Source: Verrucomicrobiota bacterium
GTDB lineage: Bacteria > Verrucomicrobiota > Verrucomicrobiia > Limisphaerales > JADLHS01
Assembly: GCA_013140495.1 (NCBI GenBank)
Contig: JABFSR010000080.1
Coordinates: forward strand, 1,055 to 65,054
DNA: 64,000 nucleotides
Direction: 5' to 3'
Below, in pieces: positions 42,880-52,963 of the stretch. The notes under the pieces were generated by a model. That model had not been told where the DNA came from and searched no databases. It saw only the letters and a program-made list of their open reading frames with translations. Position 1 is the stretch's first letter. Each line of letters begins with the position of its first letter. Position numbers and translations under genes: made by a program.

Positions 42880-44238
42880 TCAACTCGGAGACAAAGACTC
42901 CGCCACGTTGATGCCTGAGACGATTGAATCGCTCAGCGAGATTCCATTGCGAAAATGGCCTGCCAGATGGAATCCCGGCGCTTTCGATTCAATGTCATTC
43001 ATCAAATTCTTGAAGCGTCCAAAGCCGACGTTGTACTGCGGAATGGCACGGGGATAAAACACGCAATGCTGAAAAGTCGGTTTTCCGCGAACTCCCAGGA
43101 GCAAGCGCAAATCTTCGCAGGTCAGTTCGAACAATTTGTCATGCGGCAGAGATGCCAGTTCGGGATAACGCTCACCGCCAACATAACTTGTGAGTGTGAT
43201 ATGTCCGACGGGCGCGCGGTTGGGAAATAATGACGACGAGAAAATGCAGCCAAGAATTTTGAAACCCTCGATTTTCGGGATCAACATGCCGAATCCTGAA
43301 CACGGATGTGCCACGTCTTCGCGTTTGAAGCCAAGGACCACGCTGGCCACTGGGGGATGACGGATTTCGGAGAGTGGCGAGAGGTCGAGGGTTTGAGAGC
43401 CTGTCTCGATTTTCAATTCCGCGAGCTTGTGGGCGGTGCCGCAATAGATCACCGCATCGTGGTCCGACTCTCCTGAGGAGGTTGTGATCCGCCATCCGTT
43501 TGTTGTCCGCGAGAGTTTTGTAACCGTCGTGTTCAATTTCATCGCTTCGCCGAGTCGTTCGCGCAGTGTGTCCGGCAACACCTGCAAGCCTTCGTCGAAC
43601 GAGAGCTTGGGCGCGCGGTCTTTTGCCACTTCCCCACGCTTCTTGCGTTCGCGTCCGCCAAATATCTGGCCTTTGATCATTGAACCGTAATTGTCCTCGA
43701 GCGCCTTGAGTTTGGGGAATGCGTGTGCGACGGAAATTTTTTGCGGGTCGCCCGCGTAAATGCCCGCGACCAGCGCATCAATTGCATGATCAAGGAATTC
43801 CTGATTGAACCGCCGTGTCACGAACTGCCCGATGCTTTCCTCGACACCATCCCGACGTGGTTTTACAAACGGTTCGCGCAATACGGCGCACTTGGCCTTC
43901 CATGAAAACAGATCGGTTGTCAGAAACCCCAGCGGCGAGCCGGGCATTTCTATGGGGCGCTTGTAACGAACCACGTAGCGAGCTTCAGATTTTGGGTCAG
44001 GATCCATCCGGCGCGATTCGAGTCCGGCATCGCGGATGAGTTGTGCAATTTTCGGCGAGGTTTCGAGAATGGTGTTTGGCCCGAACTCGGCGAGATATCC
44101 ATCGCGCCGCAAAGATTGAATGACACCACCTACGCGCCCGCTTGCTTCATAAACCGTCACCGCGAATCCACGGCGTTTCAAATAAAACGCAGCGGTCAGA
44201 CCCGTGATACCAGCACCGATGATTGCAACGGATTTCAT
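42880..44238 (-). CDS. hemG: protoporphyrinogen/coproporphyrinogen oxidase (HemY type)
   Basis: GAGITGL FAD motif, EFGPN, GIYAGD, AIPQY. Confidence 0.9.
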   Translation of the reverse strand: MKSVAIIGAGITGLTAAFYLKRRGFAVTVYEASGRVGGVIQSLRRDGYLAEFGPNTILETSPKIAQLIRDAGLESRRMDPDPKSEARYVVRYKRPIEMPGSPLGFLTTDLFSWKAKCAVLREPFVKPRRDGVEESIGQFVTRRFNQEFLDHAIDALVAGIYAGDPQKISVAHAFPKLKALEDNYGSMIKGQIFGGRERKKRGEVAKDRAPKLSFDEGLQVLPDTLRERLGEAMKLNTTVTKLSRTTNGWRITTSSGESDHDAVIYCGTAHKLAELKIETGSQTLDLSPLSEIRHPPVASVVLGFKREDVAHPCSGFGMLIPKIEGFKILGCIFSSSLFPNRAPVGHITLTSYVGGERYPELASLPHDKLFELTCEDLRLLLGVRGKPTFQHCVFYPRAIPQYNVGFGRFKNLMNDIESKAPGFHLAGHFRNGISLSDSIVSGINVAESLSPS

Positions 44239-44376
44239 CACGCCCAAATTGAGTTACCCGCATGACAGCCGCAAGCATTTCCGGATTGCGATGTGCCAAA
44301 TGCTGTTTGTTTTGGAATAATTCCTTGGCTCGACGTGTTATTGCGTGTAGGAAGAGCGCGGCCTTTCCAATCACAA

Positions 44377-45747
44377 ATGAACAACGCATCACACGCACAC
44401 GCCTCCGGCGCTTGGTGGCGCAACTTGACGCCGTACCACTGGTTCGTCTTCGGCATGGCCACGCTGGCGTGGCTTTTTGACTGTCTGGATCAACAACTGT
44501 TCCTGCTCGGGCGCGGCGGGGCCATGAAGGCGTTGTTGCCGGCAGGGGCAGACTTGAAACTTTATGGCGGCTACGCGACGGCCATTTTCGTGGCCGGCTG
44601 GGCCACAGGCGGATTAATTTTCGGTGCCGTGGGCGACCGCATCGGACGTGCTCGAACCCTGACGATTACGGTGTTGCTTTACTCCGTCTGCACCGGACTG
44701 TCGGCCTTTTCCAAAGGCTGGATTGATTTTGCCATCTATCGTTTCATCACCGGCCTCGGCGTCGGCGGCGTTTTTGGGCTGGCAGTCGCACTGGTCGCCG
44801 ATGCGTTGCCGGAAAAATCCCGCACCGGTGCGCTGGGTACGCTTCAGGCATTGTCCGCCGTCGGCAACATCACCGCCGCCACCATTGCCATTCTGCTCGG
44901 CAGGATGGAGGGCCATTCAATTCCGGCAGGCATGGCGTGGAAATACATGTTTGTCATCGGTGCGCTGCCTGCTTTTCTGTGTGTGTTTCTTCAGATGCGA
45001 TTGAAGGAGCCGGAAAAATGGGTGCAGGCGCGTGCGGCGGGAAAACTCACCGGGGCAAAGTTCGGCTCCTACGCCTCACTGTTCGGCGAGGCGCGATGGC
45101 GCAAGTCCGCCCTGCTCGGCATGATGTTGTGCGTAGCGGGCGTGGTAGGTCTCTGGGGCATCGGTTTTTTCAGTCCGGAACTGGTTGGCGATGTCATGGA
45201 TCGCGCACTGCGACAGGAAGGCGTGCCCCCGGAAAAATTTGCTTCCGAAAAAACAGTGTGGATCGGTGTGAACATGATGGTGCAAAACGTTGGGGCGTTC
45301 TTCGGGATGCTGTTGTTCACCAAAATGGCCCAGCGTTACGGACGCAAGCCGGCGTTTGCAGTTGCCTACCTTTGCGCGTTCGTTGCCACCGTCGGCTATT
45401 TTCAATTCTTCAACAGCCGTTCGGACATCTGGATGAGCGCGGTGATGGGAGCGTGCCAGCTTGGATTGTTCGCGGGGTTCGCGATCTATCTGCCGGAACT
45501 CTTTCCCATCCGCCTGAGGAGCACGGGGACGAGCTTTTGCTACAATGTCGGACGGTTCATTGCTGCGAGCGGGCCGTTCACTTTGGGTCACTTGCAGGCG
45601 TCGCTTGCCGAAGGAGCGACAACACCCGACGCCAAGCTTGCCGCCTTTCGCACTGCCGCCTCCTACATGAGCGCAATTTTTCTCGTAGGTGTGGCGGTGG
45701 TTTTCTTTCTGCCGGAGACCAAAGGTAAGCCGTTGCCAGAAGATTAA
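44377..45747 (+). CDS. MFS transporter
   Basis: GDRIGRA motif A, PELFPIRLRSTG, LPETKG. Confidence 0.92.
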   Translation: MNNASHAHASGAWWRNLTPYHWFVFGMATLAWLFDCLDQQLFLLGRGGAMKALLPAGADLKLYGGYATAIFVAGWATGGLIFGAVGDRIGRARTLTITVLLYSVCTGLSAFSKGWIDFAIYRFITGLGVGGVFGLAVALVADALPEKSRTGALGTLQALSAVGNITAATIAILLGRMEGHSIPAGMAWKYMFVIGALPAFLCVFLQMRLKEPEKWVQARAAGKLTGAKFGSYASLFGEARWRKSALLGMMLCVAGVVGLWGIGFFSPELVGDVMDRALRQEGVPPEKFASEKTVWIGVNMMVQNVGAFFGMLLFTKMAQRYGRKPAFAVAYLCAFVATVGYFQFFNSRSDIWMSAVMGACQLGLFAGFAIYLPELFPIRLRSTGTSFCYNVGRFIAASGPFTLGHLQASLAEGATTPDAKLAAFRTAASYMSAIFLVGVAVVFFLPETKGKPLPED

Positions 45748-47045
45748 ATTCGCAGAAATACTTTTCGATTGTAAAGCAGGCGCACCAGCCAGAACGCCAT
45801 CAATAGTCCGACCACTGAAATTGTCAGGTCGCCAAAGCCGGTGGCAATATGGGTGTCGAGCCACGTCTTGATGTCGCCGCCGACGAGACGCGCAGAAAGT
45901 TTGCTGAAAGTTCCGCCGAGCATATTCTTCACGAGGTAGATCGTGATCGAGTTCATGCCCATCCATACAAACGGCTGACACCACGTCTGCCACTTGAGCA
46001 CGTCCACCACGTAATAGAACAATCCCAGCAACAGCGCGCTGTAGCCTCCAGCCACCAGAACATAAGACGAAGTCCAAATCTTTTTGATGACAGGGAATTG
46101 CAAACCCCACAGCCAGCCCAGCGCCACGCATGCAACGCCTGCGCCGAACAACCACGCGAGTTTGCGGTCGTTGGACAAGCGGGTGCTCTGGAGCAACAAT
46201 CCCGCGAACACGCCGAGCAGGCACGTTCCCACTGCCGGTATCGTGCTGAGTATCCCCTCTGGATCCCAGGACAGGTCGTATTTGCGCGCAGGCAGATGTT
46301 CGAAATCAAAATGACATGCGAGGTTGTAGCCCATGTCGAACTTGCCGCTGACGCGGTTTGTCGTGGCATCGTACATTTTGTGCATGGCTGCCCAGACCGG
46401 GCTGTCTTTGATGGCGGAAGGATTGATAGCCGATGCGTTGCCCGAGTCGTGGAATTGTTGAGCGAGTTTTGCATCGCCGGCTTTCTCGGCAAGCAATGCC
46501 AGGTTTTCCTTTTCGAGCTGGATGTCATGAATGGGAATGAAGGTCATCATGGCCCAATAACCGACAAGGAGTCCGGCGCAAATGCCGGCGAGTGCGCGGG
46601 GTTTGAAGAAACAATAGAGCAATCCCGCCGCAGTGTACGCGAGCGCGATGCGATTGAGCACGCCCATGAGCCGCATGTCGGGCCACGGATTCGTGAATCC
46701 ACCCGAATAAAAAAGCGCGATGAGAAATAGAACAATGCCGCGTCGTATCACGCGTTTGACAGCGCCCGCACGCCCGGACTCAGCAATGATTTTGTTCAGC
46801 GAAAAAACAATGGACGCGCCGACCATGAAGACGAACAACGGAAAGATAAGGTCGTAGAAACGGAAGCCCTGCCACGCGACGTGTTCGAGTTGCGTGGCAA
46901 GAAACTTTGTCGCCGAATTCTGGCCCATCCGATTGAGTGCATAGACAAGCGAGTCCGCGCCGATGATCCAGAACATGTCGAAGCCGCGCAATGCGTCGAG
47001 CGACATCAAGCGATTGGATGGCTGGGATGAAGTTGTTGTGCTCAT
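45744..47045 (-). CDS. HGSNAT-like/DUF5009 membrane acyltransferase
   Basis: RLMSLDALRGFDM, DLIFPLF, DPEGILST, KKIWTSSY. Confidence 0.87.
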   Translation of the reverse strand: MSTTTSSQPSNRLMSLDALRGFDMFWIIGADSLVYALNRMGQNSATKFLATQLEHVAWQGFRFYDLIFPLFVFMVGASIVFSLNKIIAESGRAGAVKRVIRRGIVLFLIALFYSGGFTNPWPDMRLMGVLNRIALAYTAAGLLYCFFKPRALAGICAGLLVGYWAMMTFIPIHDIQLEKENLALLAEKAGDAKLAQQFHDSGNASAINPSAIKDSPVWAAMHKMYDATTNRVSGKFDMGYNLACHFDFEHLPARKYDLSWDPEGILSTIPAVGTCLLGVFAGLLLQSTRLSNDRKLAWLFGAGVACVALGWLWGLQFPVIKKIWTSSYVLVAGGYSALLLGLFYYVVDVLKWQTWCQPFVWMGMNSITIYLVKNMLGGTFSKLSARLVGGDIKTWLDTHIATGFGDLTISVVGLLMAFWLVRLLYNRKVFLRI

Positions 47046-47317
47046 AGTATCCAGGTCAAGAGAATCGCCGTCAGCAGCAGGATTGCCAGCACCCACCAGA
47101 ACCAATGCAATCCCTGCGGCTTGGGTGACGCCGGACCGAACTCGCGCTTCACGAATTTGTCGTAATCAAAATCTTCATCTGGCAAACCGAGATCAGCAGT
47201 GGTGGCCTGTTGTGCGTCCTCAGCCCAGCCTGTACTCTCGTCCGCACCACAGCCGGGGCAGGCCCGCGCATTGCGTGGCACATCCTCACCGCAGTTGGGA
47301 CAAATCTCAGGAGTCAT
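47042..47317 (-). CDS. zinc-ribbon protein with C-terminal TM helix
   Basis: CPNCG...CPGCG. Confidence 0.8.
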   Translation of the reverse strand: MTPEICPNCGEDVPRNARACPGCGADESTGWAEDAQQATTADLGLPDEDFDYDKFVKREFGPASPKPQGLHWFWWVLAILLLTAILLTWIL

Positions 47318-47319
47318 GC

Positions 47320-47361
47320 GAACACGGAACTTTGAACTCGGAACGCTGAACGCGGAACTGC
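47320..47361. repeat. heptamer tandem repeat GAACnnn x6
   Basis: GAACACG GAACTTT GAACTCG GAACGCT GAACGCG GAACTGC. Confidence 0.75.
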
Positions 47362-47365
47362 GTCC

Positions 47366-47950
47366 TCACCCGCCGGCGCTCGTGTATTCCTCGTCCGTCT
47401 TGAGTTCGAGGCCCATCAACACGTAATCGTGCGAGATGGCCTGCATGTCTTTGACGTAGTTTTCGAGCTGTAACAATTGACTGAAGCCAAGCATTGCGAA
47501 CATGTGGATGGCTGTTGCCTGTTCGCCGATAAATTCCGCCTCAACTTTTTCGAGGCCGGTATTGCGGGAGATTTCAACGATCTCATGCACGAGCGATCGG
47601 GCGATGCCGCGTCCGCGCGAAGAAGGCTGCACCAGCACGCTCACGCGACCAATGTGGCGTTTCCAGCCGCCGAGCTGCTGATGGAGCGTGGCGACGCCGA
47701 CGATCTTGCTTCCGTCCACGGCGAGCAAAGGCAGATTGCGCCCGAGATCAATGTTCTCGCACCAGTCGTGAATGACGGAAAGCTCCGTGACGCGATGCTT
47801 GATGAACATGCGTTCGCCTTCGGGAATGGTGAGGAACAGCGCGTGAAAATCTTTTTCGTCGGTGCGCTTGAGCTGCCGCAGTTTGATCTTCGAGCCGTCC
47901 TTGAGTTTGATTTCCTTCGGGAATTTTTGGAGTTCGAGTTCGATTGACAT
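47366..47950 (-). CDS. GNAT family N-acetyltransferase
   Basis: VLVQPSSRGRGIA acetyl-CoA motif. Confidence 0.85.
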   Translation of the reverse strand: MSIELELQKFPKEIKLKDGSKIKLRQLKRTDEKDFHALFLTIPEGERMFIKHRVTELSVIHDWCENIDLGRNLPLLAVDGSKIVGVATLHQQLGGWKRHIGRVSVLVQPSSRGRGIARSLVHEIVEISRNTGLEKVEAEFIGEQATAIHMFAMLGFSQLLQLENYVKDMQAISHDYVLMGLELKTDEEYTSAGG

Positions 47951-48217
47951 AGTTCGTGTTTGGGTTGAACGCCTGTGGCAGTCTGGCACGAGGACGGCGT
48001 TTGATTCAAGTGGCAATCCTGCAAATCAGCGGCCACAGTAATTCGCCGCATGGAATCAAAAGGCTTGAGATATTGCAGGTGTCGAGTGACATGAAGTCGC
48101 GCGATTTGTTACAAAGCCCGTCAATCAAGTGGATCACGTGTCAAATCTGCTTCGGCGGCGGCGGAAAAGAAAAGCTCGCATCACATGCGGGCTTCCGTTA
48201 CGAACTCGCCGCAATTC

Positions 48218-49981
48218 ATGAGTTCTTCAGTCAACGAAACGGCGAACAGCCGATGGCCGTCGCAGGTCAAATACATCGTAGGCAACGAGGCGTGCGAGAG
48301 GTTCAGCTACTACGGGATGCGCAGCATCCTGGCGGGCTACATCACCGGCACGGTGTTGCAAGGCGGGCTCGGTCAGACGGCAGACCGTTCGACGGAAATC
48401 ATTCACACATTCGTATCGGTGAATTATTTCACGCCGCTGCTCGGCGCCTGGCTCTCGGATAAACTTTTCGGGCGTTACCAAACCATTCTCTGGGTATCGC
48501 TGCTTTATTGCGCGGGCCACGGGGTGCTGGCGTGCAGCGATTTCGTCGGGGGCGTGGACGGCAAGATGTGGTGTCTTTTCGCCGGGCTCACGCTCATCGC
48601 ATTCGGTGCGGGCGGCATCAAGCCGTGCGTGTCGGCGTTCATGGGAGACCAGTTCAAGCCGGAACAATCGCATCTGCTGCAAAAGGCCTACGGCGCATTT
48701 TACTGGAGCATCAACCTTGGCTCGTTCTTTTCGTTCCTTGTCGTGCCGTGGGTGAAGAATCATCATGGCTATAGTTGGGCCTTTGGTGTTCCGGGAATCC
48801 TGATGGCCATCGCAACGGTGATTTTCTGGATGGGTACGAAACATTATGACCATGTGCCACCGAGCCGCGAGACCAAGAGCGCAGGGTTTTTCAAAGTGCT
48901 TTGGCATGGCTTGAAGGAACCCAAAGAGGGCAAATCCTTCTGGGAAGCTGCGCGCAGCCGGTTCAGTGACCGTGAAGTGGACGCGGCAAAATCGGTGCTG
49001 CCAATTCTCGGCGTGTTCGCGTTGGTCCCGCCGTTCTGGTCACTGTTCGACCAGACGAATTCCACATGGGTGTTGCAAGGCAAGACCATGATTCCTGCAG
49101 TGCTTGGCGGGACAGTCCTGTTTGGGCTTATACTTGCCTTAGCCTTGGTCCTGCTTGTTTTGACAATCTTAGGAAAAGGCACTTTGGTCCGTTGGTTGTT
49201 TGTGGCCATCAATGGGCTTGTGGTGTTGATCACAGGTCTGAGGTTGATTCTGTTTCTGCGTGGAGCTTTTTCTCCGGAAGGACACAATTTGGTAGAGTTC
49301 GTTGCGTACGCTTTCAGTTTTGGAGTAGCAGCTGCCTTTTTGATTGTAGGGGTCCGAGGCCCATTGGGGTTGATCCGAGTTTTGGTTGGAGGGCAGTTAT
49401 TTCTGGCTGTGACAAGGATTCTGCTCATTCGAGAACAAATTCTGGAACTTAGTTTCAAAATCGGCCCGGAAGAAATGCAGTCGGCAAATCCGCTGCTTGT
49501 GATGATTCTTGTTCCGATGCTGACGCTGCTGGTTTATCCGCGCCTCGGCAAATGGGCGTCGCCGTTGCGTCGGATGAGTTATGGAATGTTCCTCGCAGCG
49601 TTTTCCTATGTCATCGTCGCAGGTTTGCAGCAAAGGCTCGAAGCCGGCGCGCAATTGTCCATCGCGTGGCAGTTGCTGCCTTACGTTGTATTGACCGCAG
49701 CAGAGGTTCTGGTCTCGACGACGGGATTGGAGTTTGCTTTCCGCGAAGCGGCGCCGGAGATGAAGAGCCTCATCACGAGTTTCTGGTGGCTGACGGTGAC
49801 TGCGGGCAACATGCTTGTGGCGTTTATCACAAAGTTCTTTTCCGAAAGCAGCGGGAATACGTCAGTAACTTCAGGACGGTTCATGATGTACGCGGGGTTG
49901 TCGTTCGTAGTCGCAATCTTGTTTGGCTGCGCGACCACCTTTTACCGCTACCGCGACAAAACGGCGGCTTTGGGGAGGTAA
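48218..49981 (+). CDS. POT/PTR proton-dependent oligopeptide transporter with internal insertion
   Basis: NEACERFSYYG (ExxER), GGIKPCVS, FYWSINLG, EAAPEMKS. Confidence 0.9.
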   Translation: MSSSVNETANSRWPSQVKYIVGNEACERFSYYGMRSILAGYITGTVLQGGLGQTADRSTEIIHTFVSVNYFTPLLGAWLSDKLFGRYQTILWVSLLYCAGHGVLACSDFVGGVDGKMWCLFAGLTLIAFGAGGIKPCVSAFMGDQFKPEQSHLLQKAYGAFYWSINLGSFFSFLVVPWVKNHHGYSWAFGVPGILMAIATVIFWMGTKHYDHVPPSRETKSAGFFKVLWHGLKEPKEGKSFWEAARSRFSDREVDAAKSVLPILGVFALVPPFWSLFDQTNSTWVLQGKTMIPAVLGGTVLFGLILALALVLLVLTILGKGTLVRWLFVAINGLVVLITGLRLILFLRGAFSPEGHNLVEFVAYAFSFGVAAAFLIVGVRGPLGLIRVLVGGQLFLAVTRILLIREQILELSFKIGPEEMQSANPLLVMILVPMLTLLVYPRLGKWASPLRRMSYGMFLAAFSYVIVAGLQQRLEAGAQLSIAWQLLPYVVLTAAEVLVSTTGLEFAFREAAPEMKSLITSFWWLTVTAGNMLVAFITKFFSESSGNTSVTSGRFMMYAGLSFVVAILFGCATTFYRYRDKTAALGR

Positions 49982-50000
49982 ATTCAGCAAACGGTCAATG

Positions 50001-50888
50001 TCAGTGTGCAGCGTGAAGGTCGGCAGTTTTTTCAACGAGAGCTTTTGGCGGGGCAGCAACTGCGTTTGCCGGAGCGTGGGCATCGGCGGGATTTATTTTC
50101 GCCTGAACGAGAGCGTGCGCATCGGGTTTCTGTCCGGCATCGTGAGGACCTTCAGCACTCGGGGCCGACGCGAGGATGGTTTTCTGATCCGGATGTTCGC
50201 CAAGCCATTCCACCTTGCCCGTGTCGAGATCGTAAACGCCGCCGACAACGCTCACGTTGCCATTGGCCAGTTCGCCACGAATGATTTCGCTGTGGCGCAG
50301 GATGTCGCTGATTGATTGCCAGACGTTTTCCTTGATGGCGGTGGGGATCAATTCCTTCTCGTCTTTGGTCGCAGTTTTCGCGCGATCCGCAGCGGGCTTG
50401 ATGTTGTCCACTAGTTCGGGCAGCGAACCGTGAAGTTCCGCACCCTTGACCACCGCCGTCACCGCACCGCAGCGTGTGTGACCGAGAACTACAAGCAACG
50501 GCGTATGCAGATGGCCGACACCATATTCGATGGTGGCGATCTCGTCAGTGTCCGCCACATTGCCCGCAACGCGTACGGTGAACACCTCACCGACACCGCG
50601 ATCAAAAATCAGTTCAACCGGCGCACGCGAGTCGGAGCAGGAAAGCACGGTGACGAAAGGTTCCTGTCCTTCCGCAGCCGTTGCGGCGCGGCGTGCAGAA
50701 CCAGCGTTCGGGTGGCGCGGTGTGTCCGCGGCAAATCGTGTGTTGCCTTCCTTGAGTAGCGCGAGCGAGGCTTCGTTCAACAAACCTTGGAACTTCTGTT
50801 TCGCCGCCGGCTCAGAACCATTCACGCGTGGAATTCCCGTGAAAAATGTGAGTCCGATGAGAGCCAATGTGAGGAGAGAGCGTGTCAT
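50001..50888 (-). CDS. beta-class carbonic anhydrase with signal peptide
   Basis: CSDSR, RVAGN, GHTRCGA. Confidence 0.92.
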   Translation of the reverse strand: MTRSLLTLALIGLTFFTGIPRVNGSEPAAKQKFQGLLNEASLALLKEGNTRFAADTPRHPNAGSARRAATAAEGQEPFVTVLSCSDSRAPVELIFDRGVGEVFTVRVAGNVADTDEIATIEYGVGHLHTPLLVVLGHTRCGAVTAVVKGAELHGSLPELVDNIKPAADRAKTATKDEKELIPTAIKENVWQSISDILRHSEIIRGELANGNVSVVGGVYDLDTGKVEWLGEHPDQKTILASAPSAEGPHDAGQKPDAHALVQAKINPADAHAPANAVAAPPKALVEKTADLHAAH

Positions 50889-51058
50889 AATGTTTGATCG
50901 CGTTGAATAGCGCTGCAGACTTGGCCTGCAAGGCGTCAACAAGATCATCGGAAAAGCGCGCTGAAACTTTAGCCGGGACTCCGAATTCACGTTGGTGAGT
51001 GTTGGAGGTTATTCACGCGCCCGCCTTCCATCCTGCGCTTACGAACGAAGTTCACAAA

Positions 51059-51778
51059 CTATGGATTGATTCCAACCAGTGCAGTAGCACAGCCGAAGAA
51101 GTGGTGATGCACTTCAACCTTCAAGCCGGCACGTTCAAAAATTGGAGACACCCGCTCACACGATCCAAAGGACTGCGTGTACACCCCCAGCATCCGATAA
51201 CATTCAATGTCTCCAAGGAATATCCTTCCGATTTGAGGAATGAAGGAGGCGACATACCAACGATATAACGCCCCAAAAAACCAGCGATCAGCGTTGGAGA
51301 TTTCAAACAATGAAAATCGACCGCCAGTCTTGAGAACTCTGCGGATCTCCTGTGCAAAGGCCGAAAGGGATTCATCCGACAGCGTTTTTAGTCCAAACGC
51401 CCCAACAACACAATCGACGGAATGAGAAGGCAGAGACATCTTCGTCGCATTCTCCTTCCGGATATCAATCAGTAGATCGACTCTCTTGCTCCGAAGCTGT
51501 TGTCGTCTGACCATGACAGGTGAAAAGTCCACGGCAATGATTTTTGAGACTTTTCGATATCGGAGATAAGGCCAGCATTCGCCACTACCGGCCATCAGAT
51601 CACAAACCACTGCACCCGGTTGAATCTGCGCATGGCGGACACATTGGTAGCGCCACAATTCGCAGAAGCCAAAAGACGACACCCGATTGACGAGATCGTA
51701 GGTCGGACCCATACGATCAAACATCTTGGCCACGTAATCATCGCCATATTGAGGCGCGTCTATTTCTTTCAAAGCCAA
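51059..51778 (-). CDS. class I SAM methyltransferase (UbiE/MenG-like)
   Basis: YDLVNRVSSFG, DLMAGSG, AFGLK; lower GC than neighbours. Confidence 0.75.
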   Translation of the reverse strand: MALKEIDAPQYGDDYVAKMFDRMGPTYDLVNRVSSFGFCELWRYQCVRHAQIQPGAVVCDLMAGSGECWPYLRYRKVSKIIAVDFSPVMVRRQQLRSKRVDLLIDIRKENATKMSLPSHSVDCVVGAFGLKTLSDESLSAFAQEIRRVLKTGGRFSLFEISNADRWFFGALYRWYVASFIPQIGRIFLGDIECYRMLGVYTQSFGSCERVSPIFERAGLKVEVHHHFFGCATALVGINP

Positions 51779-51781
51779 CTT

Positions 51782-52852
51782 TCAAATCTTCACCTTGAAC
51801 TGCTCACCCTTTTTCACGGAGAGCACAAAGGCCGCGAGCAGTTGCGGAATTTGTTCCAGGTCCTTCAAGCTGACGACTTCCACGGGTGAGTGCATGTAGC
51901 GGTTCGGCAGGCTGATCAATGCGCTTGCAATGCCGCCGCGCGTCCAGAAAATCACGTCCGTATCCGTGCCACTCGTGGACGACATTGCTTCGTGCTGGAG
52001 CGGAATCTTCTTCGCCTTGGCAACCTGTTCAATGCGTTTCACAACTTCGGGATGGTTGCAGCCGCCGTGGGTGATGGCCGGACCGCTGCCGATTTTTACA
52101 TCGCCGTGTTGTGTCTTGCTCACGGTGGGATAATCCGTGGCGTGAGTCACATCAACCACCAGGGCAATGTCCGGCTTGAGCGAATAGGCAATCTGCCGCG
52201 CGCCGAGCAGGCCGACCTCCTCCTGCACATTCGACACTGCACAAACCTCCGGCGCGAATTTCGATTTCGATTCCACCAACAACCGCAGCGCCTCGGCCAC
52301 GGACCACGTGCCGATGCGATTGTCGAACGCGCGGGAAATGGCGAGGCCGTTTCGCAGCAACTCGAACTCGTCCACAAGCGTGATGGGATCACCGACACGC
52401 ACCAGTTTCTCCGCGTCCTTGCGTGAACTGACGCCGATATCAATGAACAGGTCGTGAATCTTTGGCGGTTTGGGGTCGCCTTCCTGCTTGGTGAGATGCG
52501 GCGCCACGTTACCGACGACGCCCCGCACAGGCCCGCCGCGTGTATGGATCGTCACGCGTTGCGCCTTGGTGATGGCCGCGTCAACGCCACCCATCTTGCG
52601 GACGTAAATGAAACCCTCGGCGTCAATGTAGTTCACGGACATGGCGATCTCGTCCGCGTGACCGGCAAGCATGATGCGCGGCGAACCGCCCTTGTTGAGC
52701 ACGGCGACGCAATTGCCGTATGCGTCAGAGAAAGTTTCGTCGGCGAACTTCTTCGCGTAGTCGAGCCAGACACGCTGGCCGCGTGTTTCGTGACCGACGG
52801 GACTGGGAGTGTTTACGAGGGTCTTAAGAAAACTCAGTGATTGTTCGCGCAT
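51782..52852 (-). CDS. M42 family metalloaminopeptidase
   Basis: GHADEI, AFDNRIG, QEEVG, RYMHSP. Confidence 0.92.
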   Translation of the reverse strand: MREQSLSFLKTLVNTPSPVGHETRGQRVWLDYAKKFADETFSDAYGNCVAVLNKGGSPRIMLAGHADEIAMSVNYIDAEGFIYVRKMGGVDAAITKAQRVTIHTRGGPVRGVVGNVAPHLTKQEGDPKPPKIHDLFIDIGVSSRKDAEKLVRVGDPITLVDEFELLRNGLAISRAFDNRIGTWSVAEALRLLVESKSKFAPEVCAVSNVQEEVGLLGARQIAYSLKPDIALVVDVTHATDYPTVSKTQHGDVKIGSGPAITHGGCNHPEVVKRIEQVAKAKKIPLQHEAMSSTSGTDTDVIFWTRGGIASALISLPNRYMHSPVEVVSLKDLEQIPQLLAAFVLSVKKGEQFKVKI

Positions 52853-52963
52853 GGGGGAAAGTTAGGAATTTGACAGCACGGAGTCGAGACGTCTCTCCTT
52901 TTGGAATTCTTGCAGTCTGCTGGAGTCTCGACGGGCGGCTCGTCGGTCGTTATCGTCCGAGCC

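Noticed and set aside
52883-52932. GTCGAGAC/GTCTCGAC inverted repeat between divergent genes
   Set aside because: An 8-bp match with a long spacer is too weak to call an operator.
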